From Octopus vulgaris (Eukaryota): a stretch of DNA of 64,000 nt. The stretch is taken from NCBI GenBank assembly GCA_951406725.2, contig OX597839.1, positions 28,644,001 through 28,708,000 on the forward strand, written 5' to 3'. The translations under genes and the position numbers were made by a program. Each line of letters opens with the position of its first letter. The first letter of the stretch is position 1. Below, in pieces: positions 13,320-25,705 of the stretch. Below the pieces are notes generated by a model that was not told the origin of the DNA, did no database searches, and was given only the letters and a program-made list of their open reading frames with translations.

Positions 13320-14127
13320 GTGGCTTTTAAGGCTGTGTACGGCTATGGTGCGGCCACACTTGCAATTTGTCCCACCAGTCTGGAACCCCTATCTTGCTCA
13401 GAACATTGACCCCCTGGAAACTGTTTAGAGACGTGCAACCAAGCGAGTACCCTCCGTCAGGCATCTACCATACTCTGAATGCCTTGTTTCCCTTGACATG
13501 GATACACTGAAGCTCTGACATCTTGCAACTGATTTCGTAAACACTCACGAAATTATTAACCATCTTGCCTACAACAACCCTGAGCACCTTTTTGAATCCC
13601 ATGTGTCTAACACACGTGGGCATCCATACAAAGACAGAAAACAGCACAGCTCCCATGACTTTCAGAAACATTTTTTCACACTCGGAGTTGCTGAAGCATG
13701 GAACAAACTACCTGCATCAGTTGTTAGTTGCTGAGACTTTGCATCCTTTAAAACCTCCATGCTTCCTGAAATTCGCCAACACTACACCTGATATCCCTCC
13801 CCCGCACCTCCACACGCATACACACCTGTACATCATGGCTCATACACTGTTCACCTTCCTGACTTTTCTACATAATTCTATGTACTGTACATGCACCTTT
13901 GATAAATTGTAACGCCACTAGCATAGCTGGAGTGTGTACCTGGGGGTAGCCCTTCCGTTTGCCACCCCTGGACCCACAAAAAACACATATTGCCTACAGC
14001 AGATCCAAATTGCTGCCCCCTAATGAATTGCCACCCGGGGTGGACTGCCCCTACTGCCCTCCACTCACTAGCTACACTATGTAGTGTATGGTGCATCTGA
14101 GCACTATGCACAATAATTTCATTTTCA

Positions 14128-14165
<38 letters not shown>
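13320..14165 (+). mobile_element. CR1-clade LINE 3' fragment interrupted by a small MITE (~13912-14080)
   Basis: Homologous to 9245-9725 (HSSHDFQKHFFTLGVAEAWNKLP). The 3' UTR resumes at ~14080 and ends in (ATT)n. The insert has approximate inverted ends TAGCATAGCT/AGCTACACTA. Confidence 0.75.
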
Positions 14166-14169
14166 TATT

Positions 14170-14525
14170 GAACCATCCGAACGTGGCCGTTGCGAGCGTC
14201 GCCCCAACTGGACTCGTGCCAGTGGAACGGAAAAAACACCATCTGTTCGTGGCCGTTGCCAGCCTCGCCTGGCCCCCGTGCCGGTGGCACGTAAAAAGCA
14301 CCATCCGATTGTGGCTGTTGCAAGCCTTGCCTGGCACCTGTGCCGGTGGCACGTAAAAAGCACCCACTATACTCATGGAGTGGTTAGCGTTAGGAAGAGC
14401 ATCCAGCCGTAGAAACTTTGCCAGATCAGACTGGGCCTGGTGCAGCCTTCTGGCTTCCCAGACCCCAGTTGAACCGTCCAACCCATGCTAGCATGGAAAG
14501 CAGACGCTAAATGATGATGATAATG
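14170..14525 (+). mobile_element. SINE family B with ~64-bp internal tandem units and a (GAT)n tail
   Basis: GGTTAGCGTTAGGAAGAGCATCCAGCCGTAGAAAC...CCCATGCTAGCATGGAAAGC...ATGATGATG. Other copies lie at ~36608-36925, 40895-41235, 44160-44343, 47665-47950, 56926-57112 and 61319-61504 (all minus). Confidence 0.85.
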
Positions 14526-14889
14526 ATTATTATTATTAGTTTGTCCTTCTTTATGCTCTGAGTTTAAATTGCAACAAGTTCAACTTTGCCTTTCATTCTT
14601 TTGGGGGTCGATAAAATAAGTACCAGATGAGCGCTGGGGTTGATATAATCAATTTACCCTTTCCCACAAAATTTCATGTCTTGTGCATATAATTCAAAGG
14701 ATTGTTGAGGCAGTGTGTGGGCAGAATTGTCCCCTCATGGGGCAAAAGGCTTAGCGGAATTTCTTCTTGTGTTCAAATGTTGCAGGGGTTGACTTTGCCT
14801 TTCATCGATCTAAGGGTCGATAAAATAAGGACCAGCTAATCAGTAGGGGTCAACCTCGGCAGATTTTGAATTGGTATCTGTGTGTTAAG

Positions 14890-15200
14890 TGAAGATGCAT
14901 GGCTCAGTGGTTAGAGAGTCAGGCTAACAATCATGAGGGAATGAGCTCGACTCCCAGACCGGGCTGTGTGTTGTGTTCTTGAGCAAGACACTTTATTTCA
15001 CGTTGCTCCAGTTCACTCAGCTGTTGAAATGAGTAGTGACATCACTGGTGCCAAGCTGTATCGGCCCCTTTGCTTTTCTCTTGGATAACATTGGTGGTGT
15101 GGAGAGGGGTCGCTGGTATTGCAATCTTGCCCAGACTTGTGCCTCAGAGGGGAACCTTCAAGGTGCAATCCCTTGGTCATTCATGACCGAAGGGTGTCTT
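14890..15200 (+). mobile_element. tRNA-derived SINE, same family as 1305-1685
   Basis: Collinear with 1305-1685 but with a single A-box unit. Confidence 0.85.
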
Positions 15201-15779
15201 TATATATATATATATATATATATGATGGGCTTCTTTCAGTTTCCATCTTCAAATCCACTCACAAGGCTTTGGTCGGCCTGTGGCTTTAGTAGAAGACACT
15301 TGGCCAAAGTGCTACGCAGTGGGACTGAACCCAGAGCCATGTGGTTGGTGAAAACTTCCTTTACATTAGGAAATAATTAACTGATTAACGGTTATCAAAG
15401 TTAACTTCCTGGATAATGGATTAACAGTTTACGAAGCTAACTTTTTGATTAACAGTGTTCACCTTTGCGGTGTTACTGTTGTAAGTGATTGAAGTGAATT
15501 CATAGAAGAGTCCATCTGAGCCAAAGGGGTCTCTTCCATTGAGGCTGAGGGGAGGAATCTTGGAAGATCAATGGATGGGATCGCCAAGCTCCATCAAGAG
15601 AGTAACTGAAAGTAATTACATTCACAGAGTTATTTAATCAGCTAATGAGAGGTTCGTTATGACTGAAGCTCCCAATTTAAATTGATAGAGAATTGGATGG
15701 CAACAGAGGGTCAAAGAAATCCATGCAAATAACATGGACCGATGGTACACAAGGCGCATTCCAGAAGTTTTGAGACTTT

Positions 15780-16250
15780 TTTCAGGAGGCACATTTACTA
15801 ATTTCAAATAAGTACAAAACACTGATCCCCTTCAAAGTAGGATCCTCTCGCTTTGATGCATTTCTTGTAGAACTGTAGCCCTTCTTCATAAAGGCTCCTC
15901 CAAATTGAAGGTGCCCGGGACCTTAGTTACAGCTTCCTTCCTCTTTATCTTCTCAATGACTGCACCTAGGGCTCTCCATTAGCTTGGGGAACAAGCAAAA
16001 GCGACAGGGAGCAAGGTCTGGATGGTAGAGAGGGTGAGGGACAGTTTTGATTGCCACCTCTGGGGCAACCACCGAAAGAGACGGGGAGCAAGGTCAGGAT
16101 GGCAGAGAAGGTCAGGGACAGTTCCAATTTCCTTCTTTTGGGCAACAAACAAAAGTCATGGGGAGCAAGGTCTGGATGGTAGAGAGGGTGAGGGACAGTT
16201 TTGAAGCCTATTTCTTGGGAAACAACCAAAAGTCACGGGGAGCAAGTCTT
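15780..16250 (-). pseudogene. mariner transposase C-terminal remnant with a triplicated YSPDLAP-type segment
   Basis: The minus strand gives TVPHPLYHPDLAPHDFCLLPK. GGGAGCAAGGTC.GGATGG.AGAGA.GGT.AGGGACAGTT is repeated at ~16007, 16085 and 16161. Confidence 0.75.
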
Positions 16251-16341
16251 TGGTCAACCTGGGGCTATAGTAGAATCCATTTGCCCCTTGGTGTGTGTGG
16301 TGGGGTTCATGAAAGAGTTTGCTGTTAAAGTTTATGCACAT

Positions 16342-16670
16342 AGGAGTGGGAATGGCCGTGTGGTAAGAAGCTTGCAAACCACATGGTTCCGGGTTCAGTC
16401 CCACCATATGGCACCTTGGGCATGGCAGCCTTATGAATGGATTTGGTAGATGGAAACTGAAAGAAGCTCGTTGTATGTGTGTGTGTGTGTCTCCCCAGCA
16501 TTGCTTGACAACCAATGTTAGTGTGTTTACATCTCTGTAACTTAGCAGTTCGGCTAAGAGACCGATAGAATAAGTTCTAGGCTTACAAAGAATAAGTCCT
16601 GGCGTTGGTTTGTTTGACTAAAGGCGATGCTCCAGCATAGCCACAGTCAAATAACTGAAACAAATAAAAT
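16342..16670 (+). mobile_element. SINE family A
   Basis: Family A head, body and 3' end. Further degenerate copies follow at ~16685-16950 and 17039-17153. Confidence 0.85.
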
Positions 16671-18807
16671 AATAAGAGGAAGAATAGGAGCAGGATATGT
16701 GGTAAGAAGCTTGCTTGCCAACCACATCGCTCTGGGTTCAATCCCACTGCATCTCACCTTAGGTGTCTTCTGCTATTGACTTGGGCCTTCCAAAGCCTTT
16801 CAAGTGTATTTAGTAGGCACAAACTGAAGGAAGTCCTTCATGTGTGTATGTGTGTATGTGTCTGTGTTTGTTCCCCACTGCTGCTCTTCAAGCAGTGTTT
16901 TTGTGCTTATGGCCACATAACTTAGCAATTCAGCAAAAGAGACTGATAAAAGGACCAAACTGAAAAGGGGAAAAAAAGCAAGTATAACACACCAAAATAT
17001 TTAAATGATGTTGTTTAATAAAATTCCTAATATAAATAGGCACAGTAGTGGCTGTGTGGTAAGTAGCTTGCTTACCAACCACATGGTTCCGGGTTCAGTC
17101 CCACTGCGTGGCACCTTCTACTATAGTCTCTGGCCAACCAAAGCCTTGTGAGTGCAGTTTTGAGAACCTTCACAGCAGTTGACATCCAAAAATGTCCCCT
17201 AAACATGTCTGTTACATTGGACAAATGCAGTGTTGCCAGAAGAAAAAATTTCTGTCATAACATGGGACATTTTATATAATTTCCACCCCAGTTCACTGAC
17301 CCTTGCTCTATTAAATGGTTGGCATTAGGAAAGGCATTGAGCCCTTTAAACCATGCCAAAGTAGATATTCAGACATGATGCAGTCCTTGAATGCCTTGGG
17401 TCCTGTAAAACTGTCCAGCCCTTGTCAGTATGGAAGATGGACATGAAAAAATGATGACAATGATGATGATGATGATAACTGGAGTCAGCCCATCTGAAAT
17501 CAGTCCTGGTTCTGTGTTAAAAAAAAAATACGTACATTCTGTTTGAAAGTCTTCATGTTTTAAGTAAATATTCTAACAATTTTTGCTATACCAGATAATT
17601 AATAAAGTTATTTTACCAAATTTTTGATTATTAAAAAGAAAAAAATGATTGTGACACACAAATAAACAGACTTCTCTTTTCTTTTCTTTCTTTTCATTTT
17701 CTGTTTTCGTTGGGACCAGAAGAACGTAAGATCGCCTTTAAGTTTCTCAACAAAATTTCCTCTTGTACTTTGGTCGGCGAAAGCAACCAAAGTAAGGGGA
17801 GTGGCAGTAAATGTAAAAAAAAGCGATTCAACATCTTTGCTTGTTTTTTTCTTTTGAGAAACAAAAGATTGATTTAATATCCAAAATTTTTCATCGAAAT
17901 TTGTGTCTTTTACTAAAGAAATCAACGAAATGATAGAATGTTAAATTTCCCCGTCTCTTATAAATTAATAAGAAGAATTGTCACATGGAACCAAAGAAGA
18001 GAGGAACGAAATTTGGCCTCATCCTGTCTACTTCTTCCGAAAGATCTCGAAGATTTCTTTCGTTCTTCCTTTTTTTAGCGAACATAGTATGGAACAACGA
18101 GTAAGAATTAGGAACAGATAGGTGTCATTCGTCTCAACCAAACATAAGATAAATAATTTCAACCTGGGAGCAACCATACAAAAAATGATTCAGTGCCGAC
18201 CGCCATCTGAGGTGGTAGAATCGGAAATCACCTCAGAGCGGAAACGTGAAGAATCATATGTAATTAGGTACCCTTTGGTTCCTAAGCCATTTCTATCATC
18301 CTATTCTACCCCCAAATAACCCTATATATTTCTTCTGATGTTCCATTATAGAAAGATTAAACCGTTATCTTCAAGACAACGACGGAGCCTGCACGTGGTT
18401 GCTCCAACTGTTTGCTAGACATAGCAGTCAAATCTCCCTCTAAACTCGCCATTTCGTCTCAAAAAAGAAAGGAAGGACAGGCATATCGATTAATAATAGT
18501 TAGTTTTGGACATACAAAAGACGGATGGAATATCCTTAATCATAGATTTGTTTACCACAACTGAACAATTACTAAATTACTATTAAATATTAATCTCAAA
18601 TTAACTGACAATTTAAAAAGTCCGAAAATAGAGATTGTTAAATGTAGAATTTTAAATATTCCCCAATTAATCTTTTATTTTTCCTTTTCTTTTATTCTAT
18701 GGTTGTTAATATTAGTAAAGAAAAATACTTCAAGACTTTTGAGCTTGTTAAATGAGACACATCTACGATAAGGCAGCACTATTTAGGCATTTTCCAGTTC
18801 ATTAAAC

Positions 18808-18878
<71 letters not shown>

Positions 18879-19354
18879 TATACATGTGTGAATATACATA
18901 TATGTATGTGTATATATATATATATGTCTATGTGTGTGTGTGTGTGATTAAATGAATGTATGTATGTATTCCATATTTCGTAGAAAAAATTGTGGGGAGG
19001 TGAATAAAGACAAAATAGTTAAAATAGATCGTTAAAATGAATAACCGATCCATATAGAATTAATAGTTGAAAGTTTTATTCACTAACACCCACAATAAGT
19101 AACCGAAAGCCTTCTTTCTTTCCCACTGCATTAAGAACAAGTCTTATCATAATTAAGCTGCAGAAAAATGTCTGTCATTTTAGAATTGCAATTTAAATTC
19201 TTCGGTAATCCTGTACTTTAGCGACGTTAATCGAAAATCGAAAAGAAATCTATAAATGAATGTAATGTTAAGATGTGTATCGAGGAAGACCTTAATGTGG
19301 TAACTCGTTCTGCTAGAAATAGCAACCGGGTTTCCTTCTAACCATCCTTTACAT

Positions 19355-19488
19355 CAGACATAGGCAAATCTTTTTCGAGAAGCGGGCCGCATCAGACATG
19401 GTTCGTCATCAGCCGGGTCGCATTACTGTACATTTCCGTTAAGCGTGCCATTTAGAAAGTCCCGCGGGCCGCAGGTTAATCATCACTG
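19355..19488. mobile_element. hAT (Charlie-like) MITE
   Basis: CAG...CTG termini and subterminal GCGGGCCGC motifs. The 8-bp flanks CTTTACAT and CTCTACAC match at 6/8 positions with a central TA. Confidence 0.65.
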
Positions 19489-19858
19489 CTCTACACTACC
19501 GTCTTGAAAACCAAAAATATAAATGTATATTATATATATCTTACAAAGTAAGGACACTTTGGATGATGTCAAAAACGGGATAATCACGGCTTGATACATC
19601 TGATGTGTCAGGGCTCCAAACAAACAGCATCTTAATTGCTTTACTAATTAATAACATTAATTAGTTTATCATGATTTTATTTTGGGTGGTATTTAATGTC
19701 ATGTCACTAAATTGCCAGACTTTTTATACTGTTCACTGCAATACACGGATTTCCCCTTTAAAGACACCGCAGTTTAATTATTTTACATGTTGCATGATGA
19801 ACAGAACTACAAACCGGCTTCTATACATGTATGTATGTATGTAGGTATATATGTATAT

Positions 19859-19919
<61 letters not shown>

Positions 19920-20260
19920 CACACATAATATATATATGTATATCATCATCATATTACATATAATGTATATTTATATATATTTAATTATATATTGTTCTAA
20001 ATAAATACCACCCTAATTTAGTTTTGTTAATTAAAAATTACTATCATATCCCTTTAGTTTAATGTCGTCACTAATTTCTAATACTTATTTCGTTTGTTGA
20101 ACATGTGTGTGTGTCTGTGTGTTATACATATATGTATGTTCAATATGTTTGTGTTGTATATGTGGTTATATATATATATATAATATATATATAACACATA
20201 TAACACACACACACACACATATATATATATAACACAATAACACACACATATATATATATA

Positions 20261-20295
<35 letters not shown>

Positions 20296-20564
20296 ACACA
20301 CACACATGTATATATATATAACACAATAACACACACACACATATATATATATATAACACACACATATATATATATATATATATAAAACACATATATATCA
20401 CTATAACACACATATATAGATATATAAATGTGTGTGTATGTTATATGTGAGTGTGATGCTGTGGAATGGCTATTAAATAAAATATAGAAAAAAAATCTGT
20501 GCCAAAGAGAGAGAGACAAAGATAAGCAGAGGAAGGAGAAGAAATGAATAAATTAACCGGGTGT

Positions 20565-20895
20565 GGGGGGGCGGAGGAAGACTTAACACTGAAGAAGAAA
20601 GATCACGTTATTGGTGACGTCATACATCTGAGTGAAGATGTCTGTTGATAAAACAATGGAAGGATGAGGAGGCTGCCACTCGCGACATCTTATGGATGAA
20701 AAATGCAATAAAAAGCGGTGAAGGGACACAACCAGTTTCCTGTTTATCTCTTCTCTGATTGGACGATTTGAGCGTGCGTGTACACTTGTGCCACCGTGTG
20801 TGTGTGAATGTGTGTATGGTTATGTGTTGATGTGTGTATACGTATGTATGTGTATGAGTATATATAAAGGCCAGCTGCGAGAGTCGCTCAGTCTC
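20565..20895 (+). promoter_or_regulatory. Putative Pol II promoter of profilin
   Basis: GC box GGGGCGGAG at ~20568, ATTGG at 20610 abutting a perfect CRE TGACGTCA (20615-20622), reverse CCAAT CTGATTGG at ~20755, TATATAAAG at ~20861 and Inr-like TCAGT at 20888, about 27-29 bp after the TATA. Confidence 0.7.
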
Positions 20896-21173
20896 AGATC
20901 TCTGCTGGCAACTGTATAGGCTGTGTGGCGTATTACATGATAAAGCTTATATACAGTGGATATATATATAAATATATATATATAGAAATATCCTACTGAG
21001 GGAGATATATGTATAATAACCCCCGGCAAACAAGCAAGAGTGATAGTCTTGTACCTCCTGTGGGAAAAACAGATTTTCTTGTCGATATCACCACCTACCT
21101 ACCTCAATCCAGGGGTGCCAAAAAATAATACCAAATATTCAATAATAATAATTCATAGATATAATAACCAAAG

Positions 21174-21572
21174 ATGGCGAGCTGGAATGATTATGTAAAA
21201 ACTATTCAGAAATGTTGTGGGGACTGCGACAAAGGATGTATTTTAGGCCGAGACGGTACGATTTGGACGACCAGCCAGGATAATGTGTTGAATATTTCAC
21301 CCGAAGAAGCTTTAAAATTTGCCAATTCTATAAACGATCAACAGAACGATACTTTGTCAAGCAGTGGAGTTACAATGTGCGGTGAGAAATACAATTTCAT
21401 ACGAAAGGACGACAGATTTTTATTCTGCAAAAAAGGTGGACAAGGTAGCTTGAGTATTCAATGGTCGGATAAGTCGATCATCGTTGCTCACTGTAAGGAA
21501 GGTGGCTCGACCGGAAAAGTCAACGAAGCGCTGCATAAAACGATGTCCCATCTAGAACACTGTGACTATTGA
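21174..21572 (+). CDS. PFN: Profilin (single coding exon, 132 aa)
   Basis: Profilin motifs MASWNDYV, CILGRDGTIWT, SSGVTMCGEKYNFIR, KKGGQGSLSI and SDKSIIVAH, plus a C-terminal HLEHCDY. Length is typical and the Kozak context is CAAAGATGG. Confidence 0.95.
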   Translation: MASWNDYVKTIQKCCGDCDKGCILGRDGTIWTTSQDNVLNISPEEALKFANSINDQQNDTLSSSGVTMCGEKYNFIRKDDRFLFCKKGGQGSLSIQWSDKSIIVAHCKEGGSTGKVNEALHKTMSHLEHCDY

Positions 21573-24500
21573 TTTGATTTTGATTTTTTTTTTTTTTTTG
21601 TTTTATTATTATATATCCCCCCTCTCTCTCCCCCACCCCACCCCACCCCCTTCTTTATCTCTTAAAACCAAAAATTTTTTTTTCTCTCCTTCCTTCCTTT
21701 CCTTTCTCTCGTACCCCCACCCACCCGCCAACCCAGCCACCCATACCCACCCACCACCTCCTCTTCTCCTGTTCTATCTATCTTTCTATCGTTTGTTTTA
21801 AGAAAAGGATCGTGATATGACCGAAGAAGATAAAAATAATAATAATGATGAATGCTGTCTGATAATATATATATTACATATTACTTCAAAAAAAAAAAAA
21901 TCAAAAAAAGGGGTTAAAACAATTGAAACAAGAACAACAAAAAAAAGAAATGTTTTCTAATTTTTCTCCCAATAACTTCACAGCCAACCAACCAACCAAC
22001 CACGCCAGCCAAATTAAGCTAATTAATTAATTACTTAGACACATATATATACAATAATTATCTAAATATATATATATAAACTTTTCACCTTGCAAGTTTA
22101 GACGCAATTAGACCCAGGGTGGGAGCAGGGAATGGTAAATATATATTATTCTATGTCTAGCACAGTTCTACAGAATTCAAGAGACTTCCCCCCCCCCCCC
22201 CATCATCAAGATCTTCCCACGCCTGCGAAATAAAAAAGAAAAAAAGACATTTCAAAATGGGTTTCTTCCACAGCTTCCAAATTGTACATCATTATTTATA
22301 TGTATTTACAGCAATGGCCCCTTTTTTTTCCCCCCACTCCCTTAATTACCTACCTATACATATAATTGCATAGGTATGCAGTGGGAGGAATAGTTGTTCG
22401 CTATTTTTTTTTTCCTTAATACTTAATTAGCGAACAATTAATTGGTCATCTTAACTCCATCTGTGTTTCTTTAGTGGCGAAATGACCCCCAAATAAATGT
22501 TTAAGGCACACAAGGAATGACACACATATAAAAGTTATTAACAAGGGCCTTTTTCTTCGACCACCGACCGGCTTTTTTTTTTTCTCCCACCTCCCTTTTA
22601 TTTTTGTTCTTTTTCTCCAATTAGTGCTTGTTAGCTCTTTAATATATTATTAATTAGTTTTACGCATCTGTGAGCGATCGGATTGCCCTATCTTCTACTT
22701 AAGACAATAAAAAAAACACGAACACTTTCCCAGTTTAGTAATGACAAATAAAAAAAAGAAAGAACAAAAAATATCTAAAAAGAAAATTTTGCTACAAATG
22801 TGGAAATACAAAAAAAAAATACTTCCAGAAGAATTGAACCAAGGATCATGGAAACAAAAAAAAAAAGGAAAAATAATTTTTTTTTACCCAAAAATGACGA
22901 CGCATTCATTCATTCCGTTTGGCATCAGGTTCGAACATGATTAATTGTGTAAAAAGGAATAACACCCTATATCTATATAAAGATATATATGTATTAATTA
23001 CATATTAGTTTAATATTTTAATTTTGTTTTCTTTTTCCATCATCCACAAAGCTTAAACTGCTCGGACCTCCTCCACCACATTTTGGTTTCCTCTTTCTCT
23101 CCTTAATTGGACCTAGCCGCAAGAAATACAACATCCACTGGAAGGAACTTAATGCGAAAATATACATATATATATATATATGTGTGTGTGTGTTATATAT
23201 ATATTATATATATATATATTATATTTTTCTTCTGTCATCAAACTTCAGAACGAATGAGGAATTTTTGAAAAAGAAAAGGAATTGTTCTGAAAAACGATGT
23301 AATTAATGAACTCTGATTCTGATTAAAGGAGCAAGAAATGGAAAAAATACATTAAAAAAATACCTTTAAAAAAAAAAAAAAAATTAAATCCGTTCCAAAG
23401 AAAGGATTCTTCAGCTCTTGTACTCTTGCTACTTTATTATTCTTGCTACTACGGTAAGAACTTTTCCAGTCAACACTAAACCTTCAAAGGGTCAATATAT
23501 ATATATGTTAAATATTCATTATATACCTACATGCCTAGCTATCTACCTACCCTCCTTCCTTGCAGGTACTCTGGCCTCTAATTGACGTGTATGTGGAATA
23601 TATACCATATATATATATATACACGGACTCCTGTTCTTCCTTCCTTGCAGGTACTCTTTCCAATTTAAAACACTTCATACAAACACAAAATACATTTTAC
23701 ATAGTAAAAGGCCATGTCTAAACGAAGAGGAGACCCTTTTTGTTGTTCCTAAACCAAAAATATACCCGGGCAGGTTTGCATGTGGTAGTTAAATAGTTGG
23801 TGGTGGGTCTGCTTTATAAATTTCTTTTTCTTTGATTATTTCTGAACCAAAAGAAAAAAGAACACAAACATACCAGACTCTCTTCTCTTCTCTCTTTTCT
23901 GTAATCGCTCTATTATTATATTTTCTTATTTTAATTTTCAATTTAAATATGCCTTAATGTTTTTTTCTTTTCTTTACTGAGCATTAAAAAAAAAATCTAA
24001 ACTATTTCTTTTTTCGAAATATGTTTTTTTTTTTTATTTCTGTAAGGAAACCAAAAAGAAAAAAAATATGCCCCAAAAATGCTGTGACGCCTTCTCATGA
24101 ATAAAATGGATATAGAAAAAGGAAAAAAAAAACCAACACACACATGCCTCATGTTTTTAATTAAACAACCAATATTTCTGCTTTTTCTGACATTAAAACA
24201 AGAATATGCCGCTTGCTTTTTACTTACAATACATTTAAGTAGGTTTGCAGAATCAAAGCAATTAGCTCCAATTACAATAATCCTGTCCTATATAATAAAT
24301 CACATCCTAGAAGTGAATGAAACTATAATTGTCTAAATGCATCCACTTGACTTCCCCACTTTCAACTTACCGGTTTCCTTCCTAAAACAAAATTGTCCTT
24401 TTTTCTTTCTTTCTTTTTTTTTTAACTAAGAGACTTCATTATTAACAAAAACAAAAGGTAACAAGGAAGAAGAGAATCCCACCATATTTTTCCCTTTTAT

Positions 24501-25404
24501 TCCTAAAAAGACACTTTACTGCTGCTGAAAGCATCTGTGAAAAATGGCTAAGTTAATATTAAAATACATTCAAAAGAAGAAAAATCTAACATTTCGGTCA
24601 TGAAAGCACACAGTTACTCTTTTTTTTTTTGTCTTGTTCTCTCAAATTTCTGTATAAACCAAATCATTCGCCTTTAAATGGTCGAAATGCTTTAAAATTT
24701 CTTTTTACAACAAATGTATTATTCACTTCTTTAAGTAAATATCTTGACCTTTATTATTATTATTTTTTTCCCTCCCCTCCATTTCATTACTTTGCAATAT
24801 TTTATATTTTCCCTATTTAGTTTGTAATCAAAAAAAAATTACCTCAAACTTGAAACCAAAGACTATTTTTCACAAACTCTCTGTCAATTGCTCTTTAAAC
24901 TTCCCTTTCTCCCTCTCTCCCCCTCTCCATTCTATATGAATAGGCGTTCATGGAGAATAGAGTCGGAAATTAAAATACCAGGAGTCTCTAATGTATGTAT
25001 ATATATATATCGTGATTCTAAAGTAATTTAAGATCTTTATTCCTTAAAGTTTAACAATTTTGGAGAATCCTCATCTCCAAATTGCTAAAAACACTGGAAA
25101 TATTTTCAAGTAGAATCGGATAAATTGCTGGAAGTGGTCAAGTTCTTTTTTCCTTCCTAAATAGTAATCTACGGTATGGGGGGGGGGGCTTAAAAAAACT
25201 CATATCCTAGGTTTAATGTTTTAGGCTCATTAATTTCCGACTCTAATTCCACAGGAATTGCCTTACATTGATGGGCCACATCCAACAACTAAGTCTCGTC
25301 CGTTAAGTTGTTACACACACACACACACACACCATACACACACACATATAAAATACCTTACATAGTCGAGTAATTGTCAGCTGCTATCTATCGGTTAAAA
25401 AGAA

Positions 25405-25410
25405 AATAAA
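25405..25410 (+). terminator. Candidate distal polyadenylation signal of profilin
   Basis: AATAAA followed ~30 nt later by a T/GT-rich tract (ACTTGTTTTCTTATTTATT), at the end of the TE-free tract and just before the first downstream SINE (~25525). Confidence 0.45.
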
Positions 25411-25524
25411 TGTTTTGAATTTAAAAAAAAACAAACATACTTGTTTTCTTATTTATTACCATTATTTCAAACACTTCAAAATTGCTGGTCTTTTTGCCCA
25501 AAATTAGAAACTACTGTTATTTCA

Positions 25525-25705
25525 TGAATGGATTGGTAAAGTGGTTAGAACGTCTGAGATATTTCGGCCGGCTCTCTTGAGATTCTGGGTTCAAACCCTG
25601 CCGGTGTCAGCTTTGATTTTGTTATAACTTCTATAAAATTTAAAGTGCCAGTCATGTATTGTGGTCGATATGATCGATTACCCACCTCCAGATTTCTGGT
25701 CTTGT
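25525..25705 (+). mobile_element. Degenerate SINE family D
   Basis: TTCTGGGTTCAAACCCTGCCGGTGTCAGCTTTG is related to the GAGTTCAAATTCCGCCGAGGTCGACTTTGCCTTTCATCC family, with copies at ~2600-2780, 14555-14850, 33865-34066 and 34325-34530. Confidence 0.6.
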
